DNA of 64,000 nt from assembly GCA_964388215.1 (NCBI GenBank), contig CAYLZI010000001.1, positions 6,980-70,979 of the forward strand. The letters run 5' to 3'. Shown here piece by piece: positions 10,228-17,586 of the stretch. The first letter of the stretch is position 1, and every line of letters starts with the position of its first letter. The DNA comes from an uncultured Anaerolinea sp. Lineage in GTDB: Bacteria; Chloroflexota; Anaerolineae; Anaerolineales; Villigracilaceae. The position numbers were made by a program, and so were the translations under genes. The notes below the pieces were generated by a model, which saw nothing but the letters and a program-made list of their open reading frames with translations, had not been told where the DNA came from and ran no database searches.

Positions 10228-11340
10228 CTACACAGGCGAGATAATGAGGGCCAGGCTGAGAATGATGAATATAGCCAGGAGAGCGCCCAAAACAATAAAA
10301 ACCATGCGCCAGTTCATGCGTACGGGCTTTTTTTCCGCAGGAATAGGTGGCAGATTCTTACTCAGATGGTAAGCAAACTCTCTGACATCTGCAAAACGTC
10401 CGTCAGGAAAATGATTAATGGCTCTTTCAGCGATGTTGGGCAGGTCTTTCAGGTCCACTCTACCGGTGGGAGCCGCGCTGTCAGCCAAAACTTTCTGGTA
10501 AACGGCAGAATCGCGCAACAAATGATATTCAAAGGCCGGCTTGCCTGCCAACATTTCGTAAAGCAACAAGCCCAGCCCATAGACGTCTGTCTGCGCGCTG
10601 ACAGGTTTCTCTTGTAAAATCTCAGGGGCAGTATAAGCAGGCAAGTTATAAGAATCGCGCCAGGTTGAGGCAAAGTTTTGGGCGGTATCACCCAAGCCCA
10701 AATCTAATAACATAGCGCGCGGAATACCCTGCTTATCATAACGAACCAAAACAGAATCGGGATTGAGGCAAAGGTGGGATTTCCCGGCCCGGTGTAAATA
10801 AAGGATGACATCGGCAATGCTCAAAGTAATCCAACCGGCATATTGATACCAGGGCTGAGGGTTTTTCAGGAGCAGGTTGCGCAGGATTGTCCCCTCTGCA
10901 AAAGCAAAAACTTCATAATAGCGAATATGACCATTGACGACAATCCATCCATACGGATGCAATTGGCGGCTGCCGTGTATGTGGGCCGGCAGCAAAACCG
11001 GCAAGAGGGGATGCTGCCCCGCTTCTGCCAATTGCAAAAAAGCGCGCGCTTCTCGGCGTAATTTGTCTTCGTTCCCAGTGGTTGCAACCTTGAGGAGGAT
11101 GCGTTCTGTCTCGCGCTGCGCTTCGTAAATAATAAAAGCGCGGGCGATGACAACCGGCTGGATAATTTCGATAGGCCCGAACCACTCACCGTTATCAAAG
11201 ATTTCGGTGGCGTTTTCTGCCGGGCAATCTTTTTGCTGGCACCACAAATTAAAGTCTTGTGAAATAACATTACAACGCTGGCAAATTCGCTTCACATCGC
11301 ACCTCGCGCCAGATTGGTACATGGAATAACAGGAAACCAC
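10228..11340 (-). CDS. Tail-anchored protein-kinase-fold protein, predicted pseudokinase, with N-terminal Cys-rich (zinc-ribbon-like) segment
   Basis: Kinase-fold landmarks are kept: ILLKV, DLG, YTAPE, DVYGLGLLLYEML. HRDLKPxN is replaced by HLCLNPDS and there is no GxGxxG. CQRC-x11-CQQKDC sits at the N-terminus and a single TM helix at the extreme C-terminus. Start may be GTG 11340 or ATG 11322. Confidence 0.7.
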   Translation of the reverse strand: MVSCYSMYQSGARCDVKRICQRCNVISQDFNLWCQQKDCPAENATEIFDNGEWFGPIEIIQPVVIARAFIIYEAQRETERILLKVATTGNEDKLRREARAFLQLAEAGQHPLLPVLLPAHIHGSRQLHPYGWIVVNGHIRYYEVFAFAEGTILRNLLLKNPQPWYQYAGWITLSIADVILYLHRAGKSHLCLNPDSVLVRYDKQGIPRAMLLDLGLGDTAQNFASTWRDSYNLPAYTAPEILQEKPVSAQTDVYGLGLLLYEMLAGKPAFEYHLLRDSAVYQKVLADSAAPTGRVDLKDLPNIAERAINHFPDGRFADVREFAYHLSKNLPPIPAEKKPVRMNWRMVFIVLGALLAIFIILSLALIISPV

Positions 11341-11391
11341 GCCCAGGAAGAAGCCTGGACGTAGTTTCCTGCTTGGGCATCAAGAGCATGA

Positions 11392-11691
11392 TTAACCCAC
11401 AAATCGCTTAGAGCCAGATGTGTCTCCATCACGGTAAGCCGCAATGGCGCTGGTGATGTCCCCCGAAAGTTCCTTCATTTTTTCAGCAAGCCGCTTAATA
11501 TTGGGCAGAATGCGGTCAATAAACATCGCAGCCGCGGCGGTAGCGCCTCCCGAAAGCCAGGCTGTAACCTTCAAAACAATGCTCATTGCTTCAAGCGTTT
11601 TGGCAACCGCATCTAAAATTTCGCCAAAATTGGCAAATTTCTGGCTCATATCCTGCACAGCAGGAATATCCATATAGACTTCTTGTGCCAT
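11392..11691 (-). CDS. WXG100-like small protein (99 aa)
   Basis: Size, predicted two-helix layout, central AWLSGGATAAA turn and C-terminal YRDGD (YxxxD). GAGGAG SD upstream. Lies in the tandem WXG array. Confidence 0.6.
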   Translation of the reverse strand: MAQEVYMDIPAVQDMSQKFANFGEILDAVAKTLEAMSIVLKVTAWLSGGATAAAAMFIDRILPNIKRLAEKMKELSGDITSAIAAYRDGDTSGSKRFVG

Positions 11692-11708
11692 GTTTGCTCC
11701 TCTTTCGT

Positions 11709-12041
11709 TTAGTAAATCTGGCTAAAGACATCAATGAGCGTTTGGGCAGCCTGGGTTGCCTGCCGTTCCGCCTGGCGCATTCGTTCGGCAGACCTGCTGA
11801 TAGCCGAAGCATAGCTCTGGTTGGTATTCATAATGTTGACAAGCATGGGGATGACCTCGCTGGTCATTTCTTCTACAAAACGCACAGAGCCATCACCGCG
11901 CCAAACGCCGCCTACCACCTGGGCCACGATGGCGCGCAGGGGGGCCGTAACGGCATCTTCAATGATTCTGACCTGAGACAAAATTTGCTGCACAACGCCT
12001 TCCAGCAGCCCAAATACCAATTTGAAAAGCCCGCTAAACAT
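11709..12041 (-). CDS. WXG100-like small protein (110 aa)
   Basis: Central VWRGDGSVRFVEEM (W-x-G). AGGAGGTG SD upstream. Confidence 0.6.
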   Translation of the reverse strand: MFSGLFKLVFGLLEGVVQQILSQVRIIEDAVTAPLRAIVAQVVGGVWRGDGSVRFVEEMTSEVIPMLVNIMNTNQSYASAISRSAERMRQAERQATQAAQTLIDVFSQIY

Positions 12042-12057
12042 TATTCACCTCCTGGCT

Positions 12058-12351
12058 TTAATTAAACTTGACGCCCGCTTTGCCATCGGCAGCTTGCATA
12101 TCGGCGATAGCATGGCGGATATCGCTGGCAATTTCACGATATTTCTCGCTTAGTCTGCCTACGCGGTTAGAAAAGATACCCAATGCCATAACATATGTTT
12201 CCCCAGGCGCGCCTTGCAACGCACCGTTTTGCATTTGGGATGCGATTTTCTGGGCAGTGGAAGCAGATTGGGCCAGCCGGGCGGCAGCATTGTCGCATTG
12301 GCGCGCCATATCTTCCATGGCCGGGTAATTGGTACGGATAATATCACTCAT
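12058..12351 (-). CDS. WXG100-like small protein (97 aa), W replaced by L
   Basis: N-terminus MSDIIRTNYPAMEDMA is typical of the family. The central turn is ALQGAPGETY. AAAGGAG SD upstream. Confidence 0.65.
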   Translation of the reverse strand: MSDIIRTNYPAMEDMARQCDNAAARLAQSASTAQKIASQMQNGALQGAPGETYVMALGIFSNRVGRLSEKYREIASDIRHAIADMQAADGKAGVKFN

Positions 12352-12380
12352 TGTTATTTCTCCTTTCAGTTTTTTGCCGG

Positions 12381-12686
12381 TCAGGCCATGTTGGAGAAGT
12401 ACCCTTTGGTCTCTTCATCTGCTTGCTGAACAATTTGCATGATTTGTCCGGCAACGCTGGCAGCGACTTCAAGAGCAGCAATCATTTTTTGGGTGCGCGG
12501 GAGCGCAATGGTATTCATTTCTTCATAGAAGCGGTCAGCACCTTCACCAATCCACTGACTGCCATGCAGCGCGTCGGCCATCTGCTTCGTTTTTTGGTAC
12601 AGTTGTTGGATGTCGGCCTTTTCAGTTTCCAACATGCTGACGATGCTTTGCATTTCTTCATAGTTGACTTGAATCAAGTTAGACAT
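12381..12686 (-). CDS. WXG100 family protein (101 aa)
   Basis: MSNLIQVNYEEMQSI... with canonical central SQWIGEGADRFYEEM. AAGGAG SD upstream. Confidence 0.8.
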   Translation of the reverse strand: MSNLIQVNYEEMQSIVSMLETEKADIQQLYQKTKQMADALHGSQWIGEGADRFYEEMNTIALPRTQKMIAALEVAASVAGQIMQIVQQADEETKGYFSNMA

Positions 12687-12773
12687 TGTTTTTCACTCCT
12701 TGAGAAAAAGCGTGTGGTTCTACAAAACTGTGGATTAGTGCAAAGGTTTTATGATAGATAAATAACCACCTCC

Positions 12774-13664
12774 TTACTCTCGCGATTCTTTTGCTAAATC
12801 TTTGACTTTTTTAGCAGCCGCGCCAATCGCTGCGGCTGCCCCGGCAAGGCCGGCGGCCATGCTCCCGGCAGAAACCCCAGGTTTCTCGGTAAAATCAGGC
12901 TGCAAGGCAGGGTCGGGCGATTCTGTAACTACTGGGGGGTTATTCGATGTAAATAGGTGGTCTGGCATGGGTTGTTCGCCTCCGCTGGTTGCGCTCGTTT
13001 GGGTTGGCTCCGCGCCCAAAGCACTACCAAGCCCATTCAAACTTCCCTGTAAACCAGAGCTGCTCGAACCGCCGCCCCCGCCGCCTCCAGATGATGACGC
13101 CGGATCGGTTGGGGTGGGTTGCTGGCCTCCCAATTTTTGTCCACCAGATGAAGAATTTTCTTGAGCGGCTGATTGCTCAGCAGCCGAAGGTTGATTCGCG
13201 CCTGGTGCTGGGTCGCCTGGCCCACTCCCACCAGAACCAGGGTCACCTGACCCACTACCGCCAGAACCAGAGCCGCCTGCCCCGCTCCCGCTAGAACCGC
13301 CTGATTCTGCGTTCGAAGGGCTGTTCTGCCCTGGCAGGGGATTGTTAGAAGTACCCCCTAAAACGCTTTCAGAAGAAAAATGTTGGGCAATTTCGTCATC
13401 TTCTAATTGAATAATCTGCATTATTTTTCGCAAGGCTTCATCGGCAAGCAAGAGCGCCTCCCCGGCGCGTTTATGGGCAGGCAGAGCAACTTCTTCCATC
13501 TCTTTATAAAACGCATCTGCCGATTTGCCAATCCAATCCTGCCGCAGGGCGTGCATCCGCTGACGCAAGAGAGAATGGTCCTGTAGAAGCGTCTCGCCTT
13601 CATCGCGGAAGATGCGCGCAATTTTGACCAATTCGTCATAGTTCAATTGCAGCAAAGATGACAT
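12774..13664 (-). CDS. WXG100-domain protein with long Gly/Ser/Pro-rich C-terminal extension (296 aa)
   Basis: The N-terminal ~100 aa (LQLNYDELVKIA...QDWIGKSADAFYKEM) is WXG100-like. About 170 aa of G/S/P-rich low complexity follows, then an Ala/Gly-rich hydrophobic stretch MAAGLAGAAAAIGAAA. Confidence 0.75.
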   Translation of the reverse strand: MSSLLQLNYDELVKIARIFRDEGETLLQDHSLLRQRMHALRQDWIGKSADAFYKEMEEVALPAHKRAGEALLLADEALRKIMQIIQLEDDEIAQHFSSESVLGGTSNNPLPGQNSPSNAESGGSSGSGAGGSGSGGSGSGDPGSGGSGPGDPAPGANQPSAAEQSAAQENSSSGGQKLGGQQPTPTDPASSSGGGGGGGSSSSGLQGSLNGLGSALGAEPTQTSATSGGEQPMPDHLFTSNNPPVVTESPDPALQPDFTEKPGVSAGSMAAGLAGAAAAIGAAAKKVKDLAKESRE

Positions 13665-13676
13665 AGCAACTCCCTG

Positions 13677-15929
13677 TTAGCGGGTAATTTCAATCCGAAT
13701 CATAATTTTTGTCCCCAGTCGAACCATCGAACCGGGCTTAATCTCCACTGCCTGCGATGGGATTAATTGGAGGTTATCAACATACGTTCCATTACGACTG
13801 CCCAGGTCGGTTAAGCGATACCCTCGCCGAGCGGGGTCATAATCTATTTGGGCATGACGGCGCGATAGGTGCGGCTCAGGGATTTGCACTTCTCCCTCGG
13901 TACGTCCTATCACAACCGGAAACTGCCTGAGCGGGCGGGGTTGGCGGTCTATCTCGACAGGCGCATCAACAAGAACCAGTGTCAGGGCTGGGAAGACGGA
14001 CTCCATTGTTCTAGCAGTTTCATCCGCTCCCACAAGGGTTTGAGCGGCAATCTGTTCTTTCGCAACCGGAGGAACTTTCACTTCCCTGTTTCTGGGGCGC
14101 GCCACGAAAGGCTCATCTGTCGCAATAGGCAGCCCAGAGCCAGCCCGCAAATTTTTCCCTAATTCACCGCCCATGACAGGCGTGCCGCTGGCTTGTTTTT
14201 GCCTTGCCGAAGTGAACATCAGGAATCCTACCAGGCCAATCACAACTGCCAGGATTGCGAGCAGAAAAACAGGGTTGGCAATCATGGCTGAAGAGAGACG
14301 CTGGAACAGGGTAGGGGCTTTGTAATTCAAATCCTTATATGTATCTATTGAATATTCATTGCCGTCATCAGCCAGCGCGCGTAAAACAAGCGTATATTTT
14401 CCGCTAAGCACGCGGTTGTTTCGGAGTGGAATAATGAGCGGGTCATCGGGCTTCCCCATCATCCGAAATTCAGACCCTTCAACTTTGATGTTGGTATCCT
14501 GATTGACCAGCCAGCCATCTATGCCAGCCACCAGCGCGAGGTTGGTCAACGAAAAATCCACTTCTAAGTCAAAACCTTTTTGGCTGATTGCCTGTATTTT
14601 CAACGTCGGGAATGCCGAAGATGGGTCATAAATGAATTCGTGCCTGATTTCGCTGGCAGGCTTATCATCCTGACGGGTAATCATGAAAGGGGCGTTATCT
14701 GCCAGAGAAATTGCAGAAATTAGCAGGTAGTAACTTCGATTGGTAGTCAGAATGGATGCCGGGATTGAGTAGGTCTTGTTGGAAGATAGGTCCTCGAAAG
14801 GATATTCGCCCATCTTCGAACCGGCACTTTTGTCCCAAACTTCAATTTTGATATATTTGACCAGCTCTGGCGAAGTCATGGATAAATCAACATCATAAGA
14901 CCGGCTGGCAGCGTTGAGCGAAAAGCCCTTTAATTCCACCCTAACCTTGCTCGGCGGGCCAGGGTAGTCGGTATTTGAATTAATCGAAAAGGTTTTGCTG
15001 ATGCTCTGCGAGCCAGGTAAATTAATCGTGAGCAATACCTGGCTTGTCCCGCGCTTTGGGTAAACCTCAACCTGAACCATCCACTGAGATTTCAGCGCGT
15101 CCATGATGTTGCCAAAGGCGCTGGCGAGGTCGTCTTTTTTGACAATCGCAGAACCCCCGCCTGTCGAAGACGCCCACCCTTTGAGTTCAACTTCATTCAA
15201 ATCACCATCTTTAAGCGATAGGCCGATTGTGCTGATGGGAACCTGGCTATCCATGGCAAGATTCATCACTTCATTGAAGTTTCTCTTGCTGCACTGCTTT
15301 CCATCAATTTTTACATCTTTTCCATCAGTGAACACAATCACCGCCCGGCGGCCTACGGGCGCTTTTTGAATCGCTTCGACTGCGCTGTAAGCGGCATCGT
15401 ACAAACAGGTGCCGCCCTGCCTCTTGACAGCATACTGGTCAATGGCAAATGTAACTGCCGGGATATTCTGGGTAAAATCTTGCAGCAGTTTAATTTCGTC
15501 GTTAAATTGCACAACCGAAAAAAATGAATTATTGGGAGTATTCGTCAGCGCGGCTTTCGCGGCGCGCTTCAAATCTGGCTCAAGCCCCCCCATGCTGCCG
15601 CTTGCATCCAACACCAGCGTCACATAAATTGGAATATCAGGCCGGGTAACGGGAGACTGCGCAGTCTGGTTATACTGGGGAAGGCTAATTTCTGCATTTT
15701 GGGGCTGCGGCCCCATCACAGGCAGGCTGGTTTTGGGGTCTAATATGTTGAAGTAAACCTTCATCACCAGACCATCCGGCGTTTCCAGAGTGGAGACCTG
15801 GCTAATGCGAAGTTCCAGGCCAGTGTCTTGCTGGGCCTGCGCAATGCGAGCAAAACAAAGCAAAATCGCTAGAAAAACGACTGTAAAAATCGGCCTTGTA
15901 AGCATTCCACTTCCCTTTGGCGTATACAT
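13677..15929 (-). CDS. Membrane protein: signal peptide, extracytoplasmic VWA domain plus beta-rich region, TM helix, cytoplasmic FHA domain
   Basis: Signal-like ...LLCFARIAQAQQ. MIDAS motif LVLDASGSMGG and VIVFTDGKD. TM helix VFLLAILAVVIGLVGFLMF. C-terminal FHA is VVIGRTEGEVQIPEPHLSRRHAQIDYD...LTDLGSRNGTYVDN. Confidence 0.8.
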   Translation of the reverse strand: MYTPKGSGMLTRPIFTVVFLAILLCFARIAQAQQDTGLELRISQVSTLETPDGLVMKVYFNILDPKTSLPVMGPQPQNAEISLPQYNQTAQSPVTRPDIPIYVTLVLDASGSMGGLEPDLKRAAKAALTNTPNNSFFSVVQFNDEIKLLQDFTQNIPAVTFAIDQYAVKRQGGTCLYDAAYSAVEAIQKAPVGRRAVIVFTDGKDVKIDGKQCSKRNFNEVMNLAMDSQVPISTIGLSLKDGDLNEVELKGWASSTGGGSAIVKKDDLASAFGNIMDALKSQWMVQVEVYPKRGTSQVLLTINLPGSQSISKTFSINSNTDYPGPPSKVRVELKGFSLNAASRSYDVDLSMTSPELVKYIKIEVWDKSAGSKMGEYPFEDLSSNKTYSIPASILTTNRSYYLLISAISLADNAPFMITRQDDKPASEIRHEFIYDPSSAFPTLKIQAISQKGFDLEVDFSLTNLALVAGIDGWLVNQDTNIKVEGSEFRMMGKPDDPLIIPLRNNRVLSGKYTLVLRALADDGNEYSIDTYKDLNYKAPTLFQRLSSAMIANPVFLLAILAVVIGLVGFLMFTSARQKQASGTPVMGGELGKNLRAGSGLPIATDEPFVARPRNREVKVPPVAKEQIAAQTLVGADETARTMESVFPALTLVLVDAPVEIDRQPRPLRQFPVVIGRTEGEVQIPEPHLSRRHAQIDYDPARRGYRLTDLGSRNGTYVDNLQLIPSQAVEIKPGSMVRLGTKIMIRIEITR

Positions 15930-15994
15930 TTGTATATGGAATTATCTTAACAGGAAAAACACTTGTAAGCAACAATGTATTTCTTTGCAAAATT

Positions 15995-16006
15995 GTCAGC
16001 GCTGAC
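15995..16006. promoter_or_regulatory. Perfect 12-bp palindrome GTCAGCGCTGAC upstream of the secretion-locus operon
   Basis: Read directly. Lies 66-90 nt upstream of the two candidate starts of the VWA-FHA gene. Operator function is only a possibility. Confidence 0.3.
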
Positions 16007-16028
16007 TTAACCGCAAGACTTACATTGC

Positions 16029-16051
16029 GCTGGCTGCCTTTGGCAGCCAGC
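16029..16051 (-). terminator. 10-bp stem / 3-nt loop hairpin downstream of the Crp/Fnr gene
   Basis: GCTGGCTGCC-TTT-GGCAGCCAGC is a perfect stem. No U-tract follows on either strand, so terminator function is uncertain. Confidence 0.4.
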
Positions 16052-16134
16052 CGTATTCAAACAAGCATGGCTTCTTGCCCAACAAAACCGTTTTATTGCT
16101 ATATCATACCCACTTTACCAAAGACAATCCACCA

Positions 16135-16833
16135 TTAGTTCCATGGCTGCGCCCACTGTTGCAGCACATCGTTATCTTTGATGAGAATCCGCCGGTTTTC
16201 GACATCAATCGCCCCTGAGCGCTCCAACTCGCGCAGGGAACGCGCCACCACCTCACGCACAGTGCCGAGGCGCGCCGCCAGTTGGTCCTGGGTCCAACGG
16301 GTTGAGCCATCGCCGCGCAAGTCCTCAGGCGGAATCTTGCCAATCAGCCGCGCCAGGCGGTGCGTCACCTGGTAAAAAGCCATCTCGCTGACCAGGTTGA
16401 CGAGGTGGCGCATCATCCGCGAAAAATTTTGGATAGTTTTCCGCATAAACTCTGGGTCGGCGCTCATTAACTCCTGCACCGCATCCGCATCCACCACCCA
16501 GGCGGTTGTTTCCTCCAAGGCTTCCACGTTAACCGGGTTCTCGCCGCCATCGAAAACGGGAACCTCGTTACAAGTATCGCCCTCCTGCATTACACGGATG
16601 ATGTGCTGACGGCCAAGCGGGGAAACGCGAAAAAGTTTGACACTCCCTTTTTGGATGATATGCAACCCGGCGCACGGGTCGCCCTCCCAAAACAGGACTT
16701 CGCCGCGCTCAAAACGCCGAAGCGTGGTTGAAGCAGCTATTTTTTTTAACGAATCTTCACCTAATCCCTGGAAAAAAAGGTTGGAGCGCAGGGCATTCAG
16801 TTTTTCAGATGGGTCGATTTTTAGATGCATCAT
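16135..16833 (-). CDS. Crp/Fnr family transcriptional regulator
   Basis: cNMP-binding beta-roll (GEVLFWEGDPCAGLHIIQKGSVKLF) plus a C-terminal HTH (TQDQLAARLGTVREVVARSLRELE). Confidence 0.85.
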   Translation of the reverse strand: MMHLKIDPSEKLNALRSNLFFQGLGEDSLKKIAASTTLRRFERGEVLFWEGDPCAGLHIIQKGSVKLFRVSPLGRQHIIRVMQEGDTCNEVPVFDGGENPVNVEALEETTAWVVDADAVQELMSADPEFMRKTIQNFSRMMRHLVNLVSEMAFYQVTHRLARLIGKIPPEDLRGDGSTRWTQDQLAARLGTVREVVARSLRELERSGAIDVENRRILIKDNDVLQQWAQPWN

Positions 16834-17002
16834 GGGAGTATTGTACCTGAAATCGCCAAAACGCTGCGCAAAAGTAAATAGACGAGGGTAGAATTATGCC
16901 ATGCACAGCATTTTATGATAAAGTGTATGTGACCAAGCAGAGGGTGTAATCCGCTGCCCATATAGTTTGAGAGATATGCCCATCTGACGTGAGAGGAACA
17001 CC

Positions 17003-17560
17003 ATGAAAGCCATCAAAATACTGCGCGCTGAACAAGAACTGATTGACCGGTTCCTGACTGTCTTTGGCCTGGGGGCTGTCAAAGCGGCCCAAAATAAACC
17101 CGTCCAAGCAGGTTTTTTCATTTATGGTTGCAGTTTCATCAAAGAATTTATCGAAAATAGTTACTTCAAAAAAGAGCAGGTGTTATTCAAAGTGATGGAA
17201 GAAAATGGGCTGGCAACCGATAGCGGGCCGCTCCAGCACATGCTTGAGGAAATCACCGCCAGCCAAGAAATAAGCAGTGACCTGCTCGCAGCAGCACGCC
17301 AATGGCAAGGAGGCGACCTGGGCGGGCGCAACGGCATCATTTGGGCAACCAGCGGCTATACCACCATGCTGCGCCAGCATATTGACCGCTCACGAAGCAT
17401 CATCTTCCCCCTTGCCGAACAGATTATCCCACTAGACGAGCAGTATAAAATTGCCGAAGCCTATAACCAAATCGTATTTGAAGAAGGCGAAACCCACCCG
17501 TTTGAACATTACGAAAAAATCGTCACATCCCTGAAAGACGAAACCGACGACTGGAAATAA
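17003..17560 (+). CDS. Hemerythrin-like domain protein with degenerate metal ligands
   Basis: Spacing and flanking residues match the ~185-aa hemerythrin/HHE family as I recall it (ILRAEQELI, FIKEFIENSYFKKEQVLF, GPLQHMLEE, LRQHIDRSRSIIFPLAE). Most positions expected to be His are Q/Y/F/E. Confidence 0.5.
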   Translation: MKAIKILRAEQELIDRFLTVFGLGAVKAAQNKPVQAGFFIYGCSFIKEFIENSYFKKEQVLFKVMEENGLATDSGPLQHMLEEITASQEISSDLLAAARQWQGGDLGGRNGIIWATSGYTTMLRQHIDRSRSIIFPLAEQIIPLDEQYKIAEAYNQIVFEEGETHPFEHYEKIVTSLKDETDDWK

Positions 17561-17586
17561 GCGCGCCACCAACCCGGAGGAGAATT

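Noticed and set aside
10228-11340. Annotation as an active Ser/Thr protein kinase
   Set aside because: The catalytic-loop Asp, Lys and Asn of HRDLKPxN are all replaced (HLCLNPDS) and no Gly-rich loop is visible, so pseudokinase is the better-supported call.
4638-15929. Looked for LXG/PE-PPE-type toxins, immunity genes or EssA/EsaA/EccB/EccD/MycP-like genes within the secretion locus
   Set aside because: No ORF in or next to the locus has the size or motifs expected. I did not invent assignments for the antisense ORFs there.
15995-16006. Palindrome as a CRP or FNR box for the adjacent Crp/Fnr-family regulator
   Set aside because: GTCAGCGCTGAC does not match TGTGA-N6-TCACA or TTGAT-N4-ATCAA. 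It is kept only as an unassigned palindrome.
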